Below the pieces are notes generated by a model that did not search any database, was not told the origin of the DNA, and saw only the letters and a program-made list of their open reading frames with translations. The translations under genes were made by a program, and so were the position numbers. A stretch of DNA of 64,000 nucleotides from Candidatus Poribacteria bacterium (GTDB lineage Bacteria; Poribacteria; WGA-4E; UBA9662). The stretch lies in contig JAYZAL010000064.1 of NCBI GenBank assembly GCA_036339735.1, positions 1-64,000 of the forward strand. The letters run 5' to 3'. Below are positions 42,076 through 50,572 of this stretch, in pieces; position 1 is the stretch's first letter, and each line of letters begins with the position of its first letter.

Positions 42076-45000
42076 CTAGTTTTCAATTGGCCTAACACAG
42101 CGAAAACCAATACCGGGGTACCCTGATTCAGGGGAAGCTTTTTCTCGGTTTGTGAGTGAAGTCATGAACCCATCTTCATGTAAACTTATTCCTCCGCGAA
42201 CAGCTTTCAATCCAGTATGGTCAACAGGCCCCGTCGGGTTTGAAGATATACCACTTTTAGAGTAATAGGTAGCGTCATACCAGTCAGCGACCCATTCCCA
42301 AGCATTTCCACACATATTATATATATTGTTCCGAGTTTTTCCATCTGGATGACGGTCAATTGGAGCCAAACCTCTCCCCGTTTGGATATTTACCAAGCTC
42401 GTAACTATGCCATTCCAACGATTTCCCCAAGCCCATCTAGGCCGGGTTTTAATACCTGAAAAATTACCCAACGCAGCCCGTTCCCACTCAGCTTCAGTCG
42501 GCAATCTTTTTCCAACCCATTCTGCATAATCATTCGCATCTTTCCAACTAACGTTCACAACAGGGAATTTGCCCATTCCTTTTGGGTATTTTCGGCCATT
42601 CCAGTGACTTGGTGGCATGCGATTAGTCGCATCCACAAAATCTTTGTACTCTGCATTTGTTACCTCATATTGATCAATATAATATGCTGACAAATTGACT
42701 AACCTCTCAGGTTTTTCATCGGATTCCCCATTTTCATTTCCCATCATGAAAGGAATTGTAGTGGCTGGAACATAGACCATACTTAAAGGAGCGTCAAGGT
42801 CAATTACCTTTGTGACGATAGCACTTTCATTCCCAGCTCGATCCTTAAATTTAACGAAAACTTTCTTTGGGCCTGGAGTTGATTCAACTAACCAATTAAG
42901 GGTTGAAGTGTAAGATTCCCATTCATTAAACTCTTGAGTGTTAGAGACTGACATTTGATAAACACCACTAGCGTCAGTAACGGCAAACTCTAGCTTCAAT
43001 TGCGGAGACTTCGTTTTTCCCTTTCCCCCATTAATTTCGAATTTATGAACAAACGGAGGTTGTTGATCAATCACGAGGCTACGATTAACAAAAGTTGTCT
43101 GACCGACCAAAACAGTGATCGGGGAAACCCTAATTTCATCAGTTCCCGATCGGTGAATAGAATAATTTCGATCACTTTCTAGATCCGTGATAGACCAATG
43201 GTCTCCAGAGGTAATTGTTTCGACTCTCAAAGAGTTAGATAACTTTATATTATTTTTACGTAGAGCAAGAATAAAAGGTTCCGTGAGATGTTGGTGAATT
43301 TCAAATTCACGTGCTATCTCGTCTACATCTATGTCAATTGTTACAGGAGCTTCCTCGACCATATATTTACCCGTATCAATCTTTAGTTGGTACTCTCCGG
43401 CAGGAATATCTCGGATAGTGGTTGGTGTTAGGTAAGGTTTTAGTTGAACTTCGGCACGTCCAACCGAAAATTTCTCTGAAGCTGCTGGTGAAAAAATTAA
43501 CGATCGCATCTGCCGTGGCTGGAGGCGAATATTAGCTTTCCCGACTTCAATTTGAACTTCGATAGGAGGCTCTATGTCGATTTCCGTAACCTGATCCGTA
43601 ACCTCGGCTTTTTTTACGGTAAGTTCCTTTCTTTCCGATATTTCACCATTTTCACCCAACTGCTCTAAATACAGAGTGTCTCCCGGAAATACAGCCGTAC
43701 CTTGTTCCACTACTAATACTTGACCACCTTTGTTGATCTCTTCTAATACCGGTATTTTTGGACCAACCCGTTGTTCTACGTTTTTAATTCCAATGATTTT
43801 ATGATCAGATCGAAACGCCACTAAACCATCAGCTGTCCGATTCTGAAGCCAAACTTTGTCGCCAATTTCAAAAACACGAATCGTTTTGGGCACCATATGT
43901 GTATCTCCAGGTTCCACCCCTCGAATAAGTGGGATAGGATCAGCTACGAGTTTTTCTAATGCCGTAGAGTTATCGGTGAACTGTGGTACTATTTTGATTA
44001 CTGCATTTGAAGGATCCGACAAGATTGTAATACTACCTCTACCACGCTTTAAGGTTAGAGGGGGAAATTTGGTAACTTCGCCAGATTGTATGAGTGCAAG
44101 CTTTTGTTCTGGTAAGTAAAACGATTTTGAAACTGTAATCTTACTCAATCGAAAAACTTGAGCCATATTCGAAAAGTTTCTTCTGAGACTATCCTTAAGT
44201 ATGAGTCGAGTTTGCCTCTCACCGCGACTACTAGATACTAACTGAGGCTCCAAGACCTCAGCGATCTCACTAATTTTAATACGAAATATCTTACACTTTC
44301 CCGTTGAGTAAGTATTTTTTACAGGATATTTCAATGTGATTTTGTTTATTCTATCCGCTACTGATTCAATTTCTGGTAAAGATTCTTCTCTCGTGACTCC
44401 TTCTTCGATGCTAATTACATCTCCAGCTCCAAACTCTGATGTTGAAGAGACAAATAACTCTACATCCCCAGGTTGTAGATCCTTCAATAGACTAACGGAG
44501 ACACCTGTGTTGTCAATTTCCTGAACCAATATATGACTTTCTTTAGGAAAATCAGCGCGCCACCCGATCTTTAGGCTGTGGTAAACCGATACCTTTCCGT
44601 CGCTCATTAAATAACTGCTATTTAGTGGATTTTTTAGTATGATTTTATTTCCTAGTTCAGTGACTGACTCAACTATAGGCAACGGCTTTTCAATGAATGA
44701 ATTGACTCCTATCTCTTGCTTAATCGTAACAACATCTCCAACTTCGAACCCTATGATTGACTCAACGTATATTTCGTTTTCTCCGGAACGGACATCTTTT
44801 ACTAAATGAGTCTTTACGGCTTTAGCATCTTCAACCAAATTGGCTGGTTCAACAACTGGCACGGCGATTACCTGGCCTTTATTAGGAGGTTGTATACGAA
44901 ATACACGAGCCGTTTTTGGGTCACTGACCTCGCTCCTTTGCCCAACACCAAAACTATCTGCTAAAGCAGGCTGGACAAAGAGAGTTGGCATCAAATTAAG

Positions 45001-45390
45001 TACTCCTATTCGAATTACAGTGTGGTCAGAGTAAATTTGCATATTGTCCATTTCGTTCCCACTTTGAAGGATACGTACACGGTCTCCCACGGAAAATCCT
45101 TCAGTAGTTCGAACGGAAACTCGATCATCACCTTTGTCTGAAGGTCGAATTAGCGGGACAGGATCACCTAACATCGGAACCTCGTCCAAAAGTTGACGAC
45201 TGCGTATTGGCCGAGGTTGTTGTTTCTGTGCTCGCTTCAAATTTTCATCAATTTGAATTTGTGCATCTGGAGGGTCTACCTCTATATAAAGATACCCATA
45301 ACCGCTTGCGCGAAGTAACGACACAGGAGATAATACGCAAAGACCAATAATAAAAATAGAAATTATATTTTTCAAGTTCATAACACCCAA
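42076..45390 (-). CDS. Large exported protein: two split PEGA domains, about six 80-aa repeats, an Ig-like domain and a C-terminal FGE/SUMF1 (C-type lectin fold) domain
   Basis: Signal peptide; GYLYIEVDPPDA and GSITILSDPSNA PEGA starts; FEINGG...VFVKFKDRAGNES; YEVTNAEY, PVVNVSW.DA, RLPTEAEWERAA, GNAWEW, GFRC. Confidence 0.85.
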   Translation of the reverse strand: MGVMNLKNIISIFIIGLCVLSPVSLLRASGYGYLYIEVDPPDAQIQIDENLKRAQKQQPRPIRSRQLLDEVPMLGDPVPLIRPSDKGDDRVSVRTTEGFSVGDRVRILQSGNEMDNMQIYSDHTVIRIGVLNLMPTLFVQPALADSFGVGQRSEVSDPKTARVFRIQPPNKGQVIAVPVVEPANLVEDAKAVKTHLVKDVRSGENEIYVESIIGFEVGDVVTIKQEIGVNSFIEKPLPIVESVTELGNKIILKNPLNSSYLMSDGKVSVYHSLKIGWRADFPKESHILVQEIDNTGVSVSLLKDLQPGDVELFVSSTSEFGAGDVISIEEGVTREESLPEIESVADRINKITLKYPVKNTYSTGKCKIFRIKISEIAEVLEPQLVSSSRGERQTRLILKDSLRRNFSNMAQVFRLSKITVSKSFYLPEQKLALIQSGEVTKFPPLTLKRGRGSITILSDPSNAVIKIVPQFTDNSTALEKLVADPIPLIRGVEPGDTHMVPKTIRVFEIGDKVWLQNRTADGLVAFRSDHKIIGIKNVEQRVGPKIPVLEEINKGGQVLVVEQGTAVFPGDTLYLEQLGENGEISERKELTVKKAEVTDQVTEIDIEPPIEVQIEVGKANIRLQPRQMRSLIFSPAASEKFSVGRAEVQLKPYLTPTTIRDIPAGEYQLKIDTGKYMVEEAPVTIDIDVDEIAREFEIHQHLTEPFILALRKNNIKLSNSLRVETITSGDHWSITDLESDRNYSIHRSGTDEIRVSPITVLVGQTTFVNRSLVIDQQPPFVHKFEINGGKGKTKSPQLKLEFAVTDASGVYQMSVSNTQEFNEWESYTSTLNWLVESTPGPKKVFVKFKDRAGNESAIVTKVIDLDAPLSMVYVPATTIPFMMGNENGESDEKPERLVNLSAYYIDQYEVTNAEYKDFVDATNRMPPSHWNGRKYPKGMGKFPVVNVSWKDANDYAEWVGKRLPTEAEWERAALGNFSGIKTRPRWAWGNRWNGIVTSLVNIQTGRGLAPIDRHPDGKTRNNIYNMCGNAWEWVADWYDATYYSKSGISSNPTGPVDHTGLKAVRGGISLHEDGFMTSLTNREKASPESGYPGIGFRCVRPIEN

Positions 45391-45394
45391 CTAA

Positions 45395-45742
45395 CTAAGC
45401 ACTCCTACTTTCCCACTTCCGATCTATCGAATAGACAAAAGCCAAAACCTCAGCTACTATTTGATAAAACTCTGGAGGGACTTCAGTTCCAACTTCAAGT
45501 TTGGCCAAGGCCTCCACTACGTCTGGCTGTTCGTAAATCGGTACGTCATGTTGCCTTGCTAATTCAACTATCCGATTAGCAATTTCGCCATCACCACCCG
45601 CGAGTATTTTGGGCGCTGAGTCAAATTCAGGTTGATAACGCAGAGCAATAGCCTTCTGTTTTTTTCTTAGTAATATATCCTTACTATTTTCTATTATTTC
45701 AACATCGCTGAGATTTTTTCGTTCGCTATGCACTGACATCAA
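45395..45742 (-). CDS. Stand-alone FlhB C-terminal-like protein (EscU/YscU/HrcU family, FlhX/YlqH type)
   Basis: KAIALRY...SAPKILAGG.GEIANRI.ELA..HDVPI, VPPEFYQIVAEVLAFVY; no NPTH and no TM domain. Confidence 0.92.
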   Translation of the reverse strand: MMSVHSERKNLSDVEIIENSKDILLRKKQKAIALRYQPEFDSAPKILAGGDGEIANRIVELARQHDVPIYEQPDVVEALAKLEVGTEVPPEFYQIVAEVLAFVYSIDRKWESRSA

Positions 45743-47051
45743 TTCGTCCCATGTTTACTGATATTTGTGAAACGTCAGTAATAACCTCTACTCCAGTTCT
45801 CTTCGAATCAATAACTTGAAATGCGACATCATCCAAATTGTAACGGATTGACTGCATACGTTCAAGGAGGTCAACTTTCTCATCAATAATGAAACTATTA
45901 TACTGTTGTTTCTCTGACATTATTAGACAGTTCATCTGTCTCTTTTGAACACGCAAATCGAACTTTAAGCTGCCAAGATTTTCTGTTTCAATTGACATTT
46001 CCAAGTGCATATTTTCCGTATCCAGTTTATCTTGGTCGTCTAAGTTATACCCCAAAACTTCCGCTGATAAATCCTTCTTATTTACACTGTATGGAATCTG
46101 AAAATAAACTTGGCTTCGTCCCGTAATCAATGGGTTCATAGCCAATTCTAACGCATCAATCTGACACAATACCGAATCGATGGCTTTATGCACTCGACTC
46201 AAGGATTCATCGGAGTACGGCATTTCTAATACGAGTTGGGTCTTGAATTGAATCAAATTGGCTTTTAGGCTTTTTCTCTGCAGGAATGCCTCTGAGGCAT
46301 TTGACCTTTGACCAGCTAAAAACAATTTTCGTTCGTATGACAACCCCAACAGGTTCACAGATTGAGAAATTTCTTCAGCTAAATTGTTTGAATTAGGGGC
46401 AATTGAACGCGTTGCTTCCAGAATCTGTCGATACAATTCGCTCTTACTACCAAAAGAATTAATCGAATCTTTAATTGAAGCCGTCAGTTCACTTCGTAAT
46501 AACCTAAATCTCTGGTGTAATTTGTCTTGCCGATAATAAAGATTTTTTAAAGCTCGAAACAGATGAGATTTAGGCGGAAAGTTTAACAACCAGCTAGTAA
46601 AGAGAAAGTTTGTACTGTAGCTCGTTCCTGATAGCGAATCAGCTTTTTGAGCATACTGAGCGAAATCAATCACGATACAAGGATCAATTGGAGTTTTATT
46701 CTGATACAGAATTTGAGCAAAATCGAGATGTCGCTGATTAGAAGGTAAACCAGCATCGTTAAGTAGAGATGTAATCTCAGAGTCAAATTTAGAGGGCATC
46801 GTACTTGTAGGAATAAAACTCATTCGTACTCCTCCTTTCAACGATATGACTTTTGCCTCAACTTCTTGACCTCGTCTGAGCCTAGATTTTATTTCAGTGA
46901 CTAACTTCTGTCCCTTAAAATTGATTAGGAATTGATTATTACCCAATACACGAACAACAATACCCTTTAAGATTTCGCCAGATTTTAATCCGGATTTAAA
47001 TGATGAAATCGACGGGTCTGTGACACGACCTAAAATTGGAGTCAATTTCAT
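45726..47051 (-). CDS. FliK-like (hook-length control family) protein, second copy
   Basis: N-terminal GEILKGIVV..L.N...LIN..G; C-terminal YFQIP...LEMSIETENLGSLKFDL..L.ERMQSI.Y; adjacent to FlhB-C, a common pairing. Confidence 0.7.
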   Translation of the reverse strand: MKLTPILGRVTDPSISSFKSGLKSGEILKGIVVRVLGNNQFLINFKGQKLVTEIKSRLRRGQEVEAKVISLKGGVRMSFIPTSTMPSKFDSEITSLLNDAGLPSNQRHLDFAQILYQNKTPIDPCIVIDFAQYAQKADSLSGTSYSTNFLFTSWLLNFPPKSHLFRALKNLYYRQDKLHQRFRLLRSELTASIKDSINSFGSKSELYRQILEATRSIAPNSNNLAEEISQSVNLLGLSYERKLFLAGQRSNASEAFLQRKSLKANLIQFKTQLVLEMPYSDESLSRVHKAIDSVLCQIDALELAMNPLITGRSQVYFQIPYSVNKKDLSAEVLGYNLDDQDKLDTENMHLEMSIETENLGSLKFDLRVQKRQMNCLIMSEKQQYNSFIIDEKVDLLERMQSIRYNLDDVAFQVIDSKRTGVEVITDVSQISVNMGRIDVSA

Positions 47052-47573
47052 CTACCTAGCAAGCCTTTGTAGTTCTTTTGCTAGTGCATCGGGGGGCAAA
47101 TCAACATTTCGATTAACAATTTGTCGAATTTGATCATTGGATTTGTTGAAGTCTCCCGAATAAAAGTATGCTTGAGCCAAAATCAGATGCAGGTGCCTCT
47201 TATTGACTCTAGAGTTAAAAACTGCCTGATAGTCAGCATTTGCTTTTTCCAGTGCAACGTTCGCATGCTTAATTGCCTCGGGAAATTGATTTGTTGACAG
47301 ATATATGCTGGCCAAACCAGCATTCGCATCAACATTACCCTCATCTTCTTTGAGTACTGCAGTGAATATACCCATGGCATCATCAACTTTACCTTCGGTT
47401 ATTTTCTTCCCTGCTTTTTTCAAGTCGGCAGTTTTATCAACAACAACAACTTCTTCTTTTACTAAGTTGTCATAGTTCCTATCGTTACAACCAAAGATAT
47501 ACAAGCAAAAAATAGTAACAAATAAACAACTCTTTATAAGCTTATTTAAAGCAAAATGCCGTACACGAAACAC
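47052..47573 (-). CDS. TPR lipoprotein
   Basis: Lipobox-like IFGC; TPR helices ANAGLASIYL...F.EAI and HLILAQAYFYSGDF. Confidence 0.75.
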   Translation of the reverse strand: MFRVRHFALNKLIKSCLFVTIFCLYIFGCNDRNYDNLVKEEVVVVDKTADLKKAGKKITEGKVDDAMGIFTAVLKEDEGNVDANAGLASIYLSTNQFPEAIKHANVALEKANADYQAVFNSRVNKRHLHLILAQAYFYSGDFNKSNDQIRQIVNRNVDLPPDALAKELQRLAR

Positions 47574-47581
47574 GATTTCTC

Positions 47582-49351
47582 CTACCTTAAAGTAAAAGTA
47601 CTCATTGAAGGTGAAATATCCCGACCTAGATTATCTCTACCAATTACAGTGGCAACGACTTTAACCCCATCTTTTGGTAAACTATCGAGTTGGTAACCTA
47701 CAGTCCAAACACTCTGTGTCTGATCGATTCTTTTCATCATCAATGTTCGAGGCGTTAAATCAGGCGATTCTGGGAAAGTCAAACCAACAGTGAGGTCTGC
47801 AACATTATCCAAGATCGATACAATTTTAAACTCGTAGCGCAGAATTGGATTACGAATTAATATAACGGGAAACGTTTTTTCTGTATCAGTAGGAAGATCA
47901 AAAACAGATATTGTTATAGCTGTCTCTTCCACTTTCTTGTTTTCAAATTTAGCAATTACTTTGACTTTTTCAGAAGCCCCAACCCAGTCCCTTTGAGGTC
48001 TCAATGTCAAAATTCTATTCTTAATAATAACCGACACATGTTCAGAAGAGATAGCTTCCCACACAATATCATTAAAAACTTCCCTAGGTTCTATGTCTAA
48101 ATAACGGTTCAGATCGATATGGTGTTCTTCATTCTTAATCAATGACACCGTATTTGGAAGAGTTAAGTCAAGTTTTACAAAAGGAAGTGGTTGAACTGAA
48201 ACTTCTAACTCGCCACGGTCAAAATTACCATCAGGATCTGTAACAATGACAAACATTTTAAACTTTTTTGTATTGGCTACTGGATTCAATGACCGAAATG
48301 TCAGACGTGGTGGGTTATCAATAATACCTTTCGACTTGTCTAAACGATTTGCGCTGACTCCACCGATGACAAGTGCAGTTGGCATCCCATCAATAGACCA
48401 GCTTAATTCGGCGTTCTTATGATCCATATCTTTGACAAAGTTGTCTAGTAGCAAAATCTCCTCTGAACCAGCACGAAAACTTAGCTCAGGAAAACGAATC
48501 AAAACAGGAATCCCCTTATTATCAAGCCATAACGTTGCGGTGTCGATAGCGAGCGAATCACCAATCTTCAAAGAAACCCGCAAGTCAACTTTGACGACTT
48601 CGCCTTTTGATTTGGGCAAAAGGTCTCCCACGATAAGCTGGTTGGCTACATTCAATTCAACTTTCTTAGGTCTTCCTTTATCATCTTCTGCATTCAGTAC
48701 CCAATTAAGTTTTGGTCTTCCTTCTGTTCCTGAAATTATCACAAATTTATCTAATGGAACATTCTTGCCTGGATTTTCGGAAACAAATCTCTGAAGGTCA
48801 TATCGATCAATTTTGACTAACGTGTTCTTAACCTCAATATTAGCATCAACTAAATCTTTAAATGATCTCAGGCGAGGCTTTCCATCCTTAAGTTGTGTGA
48901 ATAGAGTATATTTCCCTTTGTTCCAGTGTACTTTTGGGTCTCGGTTGAATAGGATACGTGTTTTTCCACTTCCACGACCAACAAACTGAACTTTTGCAAC
49001 AACACCACGTCCTTTTGGGTAAGGAGCAGCATTCGAAATGACAGCAAACCCGACTTCTGTTGTGGATACAATCTTATTCAGGACCACAGTCCCTGTGTAA
49101 AATGGCCCTTGAACAAAAGGCGTCTCTTGGTTTACCAACCGTAACTTGTTAGGCTCGTATGTTAAATATACTTCGACACCAGCACTTGGAGTATCGCCTA
49201 CATCAATAAAAATCTCGAGATCTATTAAATCTCCTTGTTGAACTGTGATATCACTTTTTAGACTATCAGTACTACGAAGCCGAATCTCTGCTCCACTGGC
49301 TGCAGTCTTAAACAATAGAACTAAAAAAATATAGGAGAGTAGTTTATTCAC
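47582..49351 (-). CDS. Exported cohesin-domain protein with Ig/cadherin-like repeats
   Basis: Signal peptide; VQQGDLIDLEIFID...GVEVYLTYEPNKLRLV cohesin pattern; LDNFVKDMD...LSWS and IDLNRYL...W...LTLRP..DWVG repeats. Confidence 0.7.
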   Translation of the reverse strand: MNKLLSYIFLVLLFKTAASGAEIRLRSTDSLKSDITVQQGDLIDLEIFIDVGDTPSAGVEVYLTYEPNKLRLVNQETPFVQGPFYTGTVVLNKIVSTTEVGFAVISNAAPYPKGRGVVAKVQFVGRGSGKTRILFNRDPKVHWNKGKYTLFTQLKDGKPRLRSFKDLVDANIEVKNTLVKIDRYDLQRFVSENPGKNVPLDKFVIISGTEGRPKLNWVLNAEDDKGRPKKVELNVANQLIVGDLLPKSKGEVVKVDLRVSLKIGDSLAIDTATLWLDNKGIPVLIRFPELSFRAGSEEILLLDNFVKDMDHKNAELSWSIDGMPTALVIGGVSANRLDKSKGIIDNPPRLTFRSLNPVANTKKFKMFVIVTDPDGNFDRGELEVSVQPLPFVKLDLTLPNTVSLIKNEEHHIDLNRYLDIEPREVFNDIVWEAISSEHVSVIIKNRILTLRPQRDWVGASEKVKVIAKFENKKVEETAITISVFDLPTDTEKTFPVILIRNPILRYEFKIVSILDNVADLTVGLTFPESPDLTPRTLMMKRIDQTQSVWTVGYQLDSLPKDGVKVVATVIGRDNLGRDISPSMSTFTLR

Positions 49352-50517
49352 TGCGCTTCTAATGCTCGTTTGATTTGCAGTACTTTCTCAATGTATCTCT
49401 GCGTTTCTGAAGGTAAACTGTTCCTTTTTTTTACCCGAGTAGGTCCGGCATTATAAGCCGCTAAAGCTAACGAGACCTGACCAAATGAATCTATTTGCTG
49501 TTTCAAGTACCTAGCACCACCTGATATATTTTGTCGTGGGTCGAACACATTTGTAACACCAAGATCCTTCGCCGTACCCGCCATAAGTTGGGTCAATCCA
49601 CTTGCTTTTTTAGGAGAAACGGCACGACTATTTCCACCAGACTCAACATAAACAAGTGCAATCAACAATTCAGGGTCTAAGTCATTATCCCTGGCCGCCG
49701 ATCGAATCAGGTTCTTGTACCGATTTACTCGAGCAAGTATTTTGTCGTTTAATTCTTGCTTCCTTTTCGATTTTGCGTCAACTGAAGTGAGTTTTTTTTG
49801 CTGACTTTTTTTAGGTTTTGTGTGGACGAAGCCTTTTTTTGCTAATGACAACTTCTCAGTTGAGGAAGGCGGGGAGATAAAGGGTTTCGCTCCCGAACTT
49901 TTCACCAAATCGATTCTATTATCTGCTTGAGACGATCTAGATTCAATTGATGATTTGACTAGCTCTGCCTGGGATTGGTTATGAGGTTTCAATAAACTTG
50001 ATACAACCGTTGAATTTTGGCTCTGGAACTTATCAAATTCCTTGGCTTTTTGATGAGATTGGTGATGGACAAGTGCCAACCTTTGACGATTTCGACGAAC
50101 TATTGCAGCCTTTGTGTAAAGAGCAGATGCTGTGGACTCTTTCCTTACATCCGAACGACTAGATTTCGAAGCCAAAGGAGTAGGGGGTGAAGATTCTATT
50201 CTTACCTGTGGAATTTTTTGATCCCAGGACTTTGTATTAATAAGAGATTTACCATACAAAGATTCATCACTCTTAATTTTCCAATGAGAAATGACTTTGA
50301 CATCCTTAATGAAGGTCACCCCTCCGTTGTATGCAACATAAGTAGATGAATCAACCGCAGTATAATCTATCCATCGATTTCCCCGATAATCTGTCACAAG
50401 CAACTTATAAATTGTTTTCACTTTTGCCTCAGAATTAGAAACAAAACAGGTAAAGGCAAGAAAGCCTAGAACGGCTAGATATAGAAGCCGATGGAAATTC
50501 AAAATTAGTATGCCCAT
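49348..50517 (-). CDS. Lytic transglycosylase (SLT domain) with N-terminal domain and S/K-rich linker
   Basis: VESGG, AVSPKKASGLTQLMAGTA, NISGGARYL, LALAAYNAG, ETQRYI. Confidence 0.92.
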   Translation of the reverse strand: MGILILNFHRLLYLAVLGFLAFTCFVSNSEAKVKTIYKLLVTDYRGNRWIDYTAVDSSTYVAYNGGVTFIKDVKVISHWKIKSDESLYGKSLINTKSWDQKIPQVRIESSPPTPLASKSSRSDVRKESTASALYTKAAIVRRNRQRLALVHHQSHQKAKEFDKFQSQNSTVVSSLLKPHNQSQAELVKSSIESRSSQADNRIDLVKSSGAKPFISPPSSTEKLSLAKKGFVHTKPKKSQQKKLTSVDAKSKRKQELNDKILARVNRYKNLIRSAARDNDLDPELLIALVYVESGGNSRAVSPKKASGLTQLMAGTAKDLGVTNVFDPRQNISGGARYLKQQIDSFGQVSLALAAYNAGPTRVKKRNSLPSETQRYIEKVLQIKRALEAQ

Positions 50518-50572
50518 TAAGGCTAAATTTATAGATTCTTACGAATCGGTTTATGTGGATTGAATGGGTCTT

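Noticed and set aside
42076-42300. FGE/C-type-lectin C-terminus as a diversity-generating retroelement target
   Set aside because: No template repeat, reverse transcriptase or accessory gene was seen in the window; a remote DGR cannot be excluded
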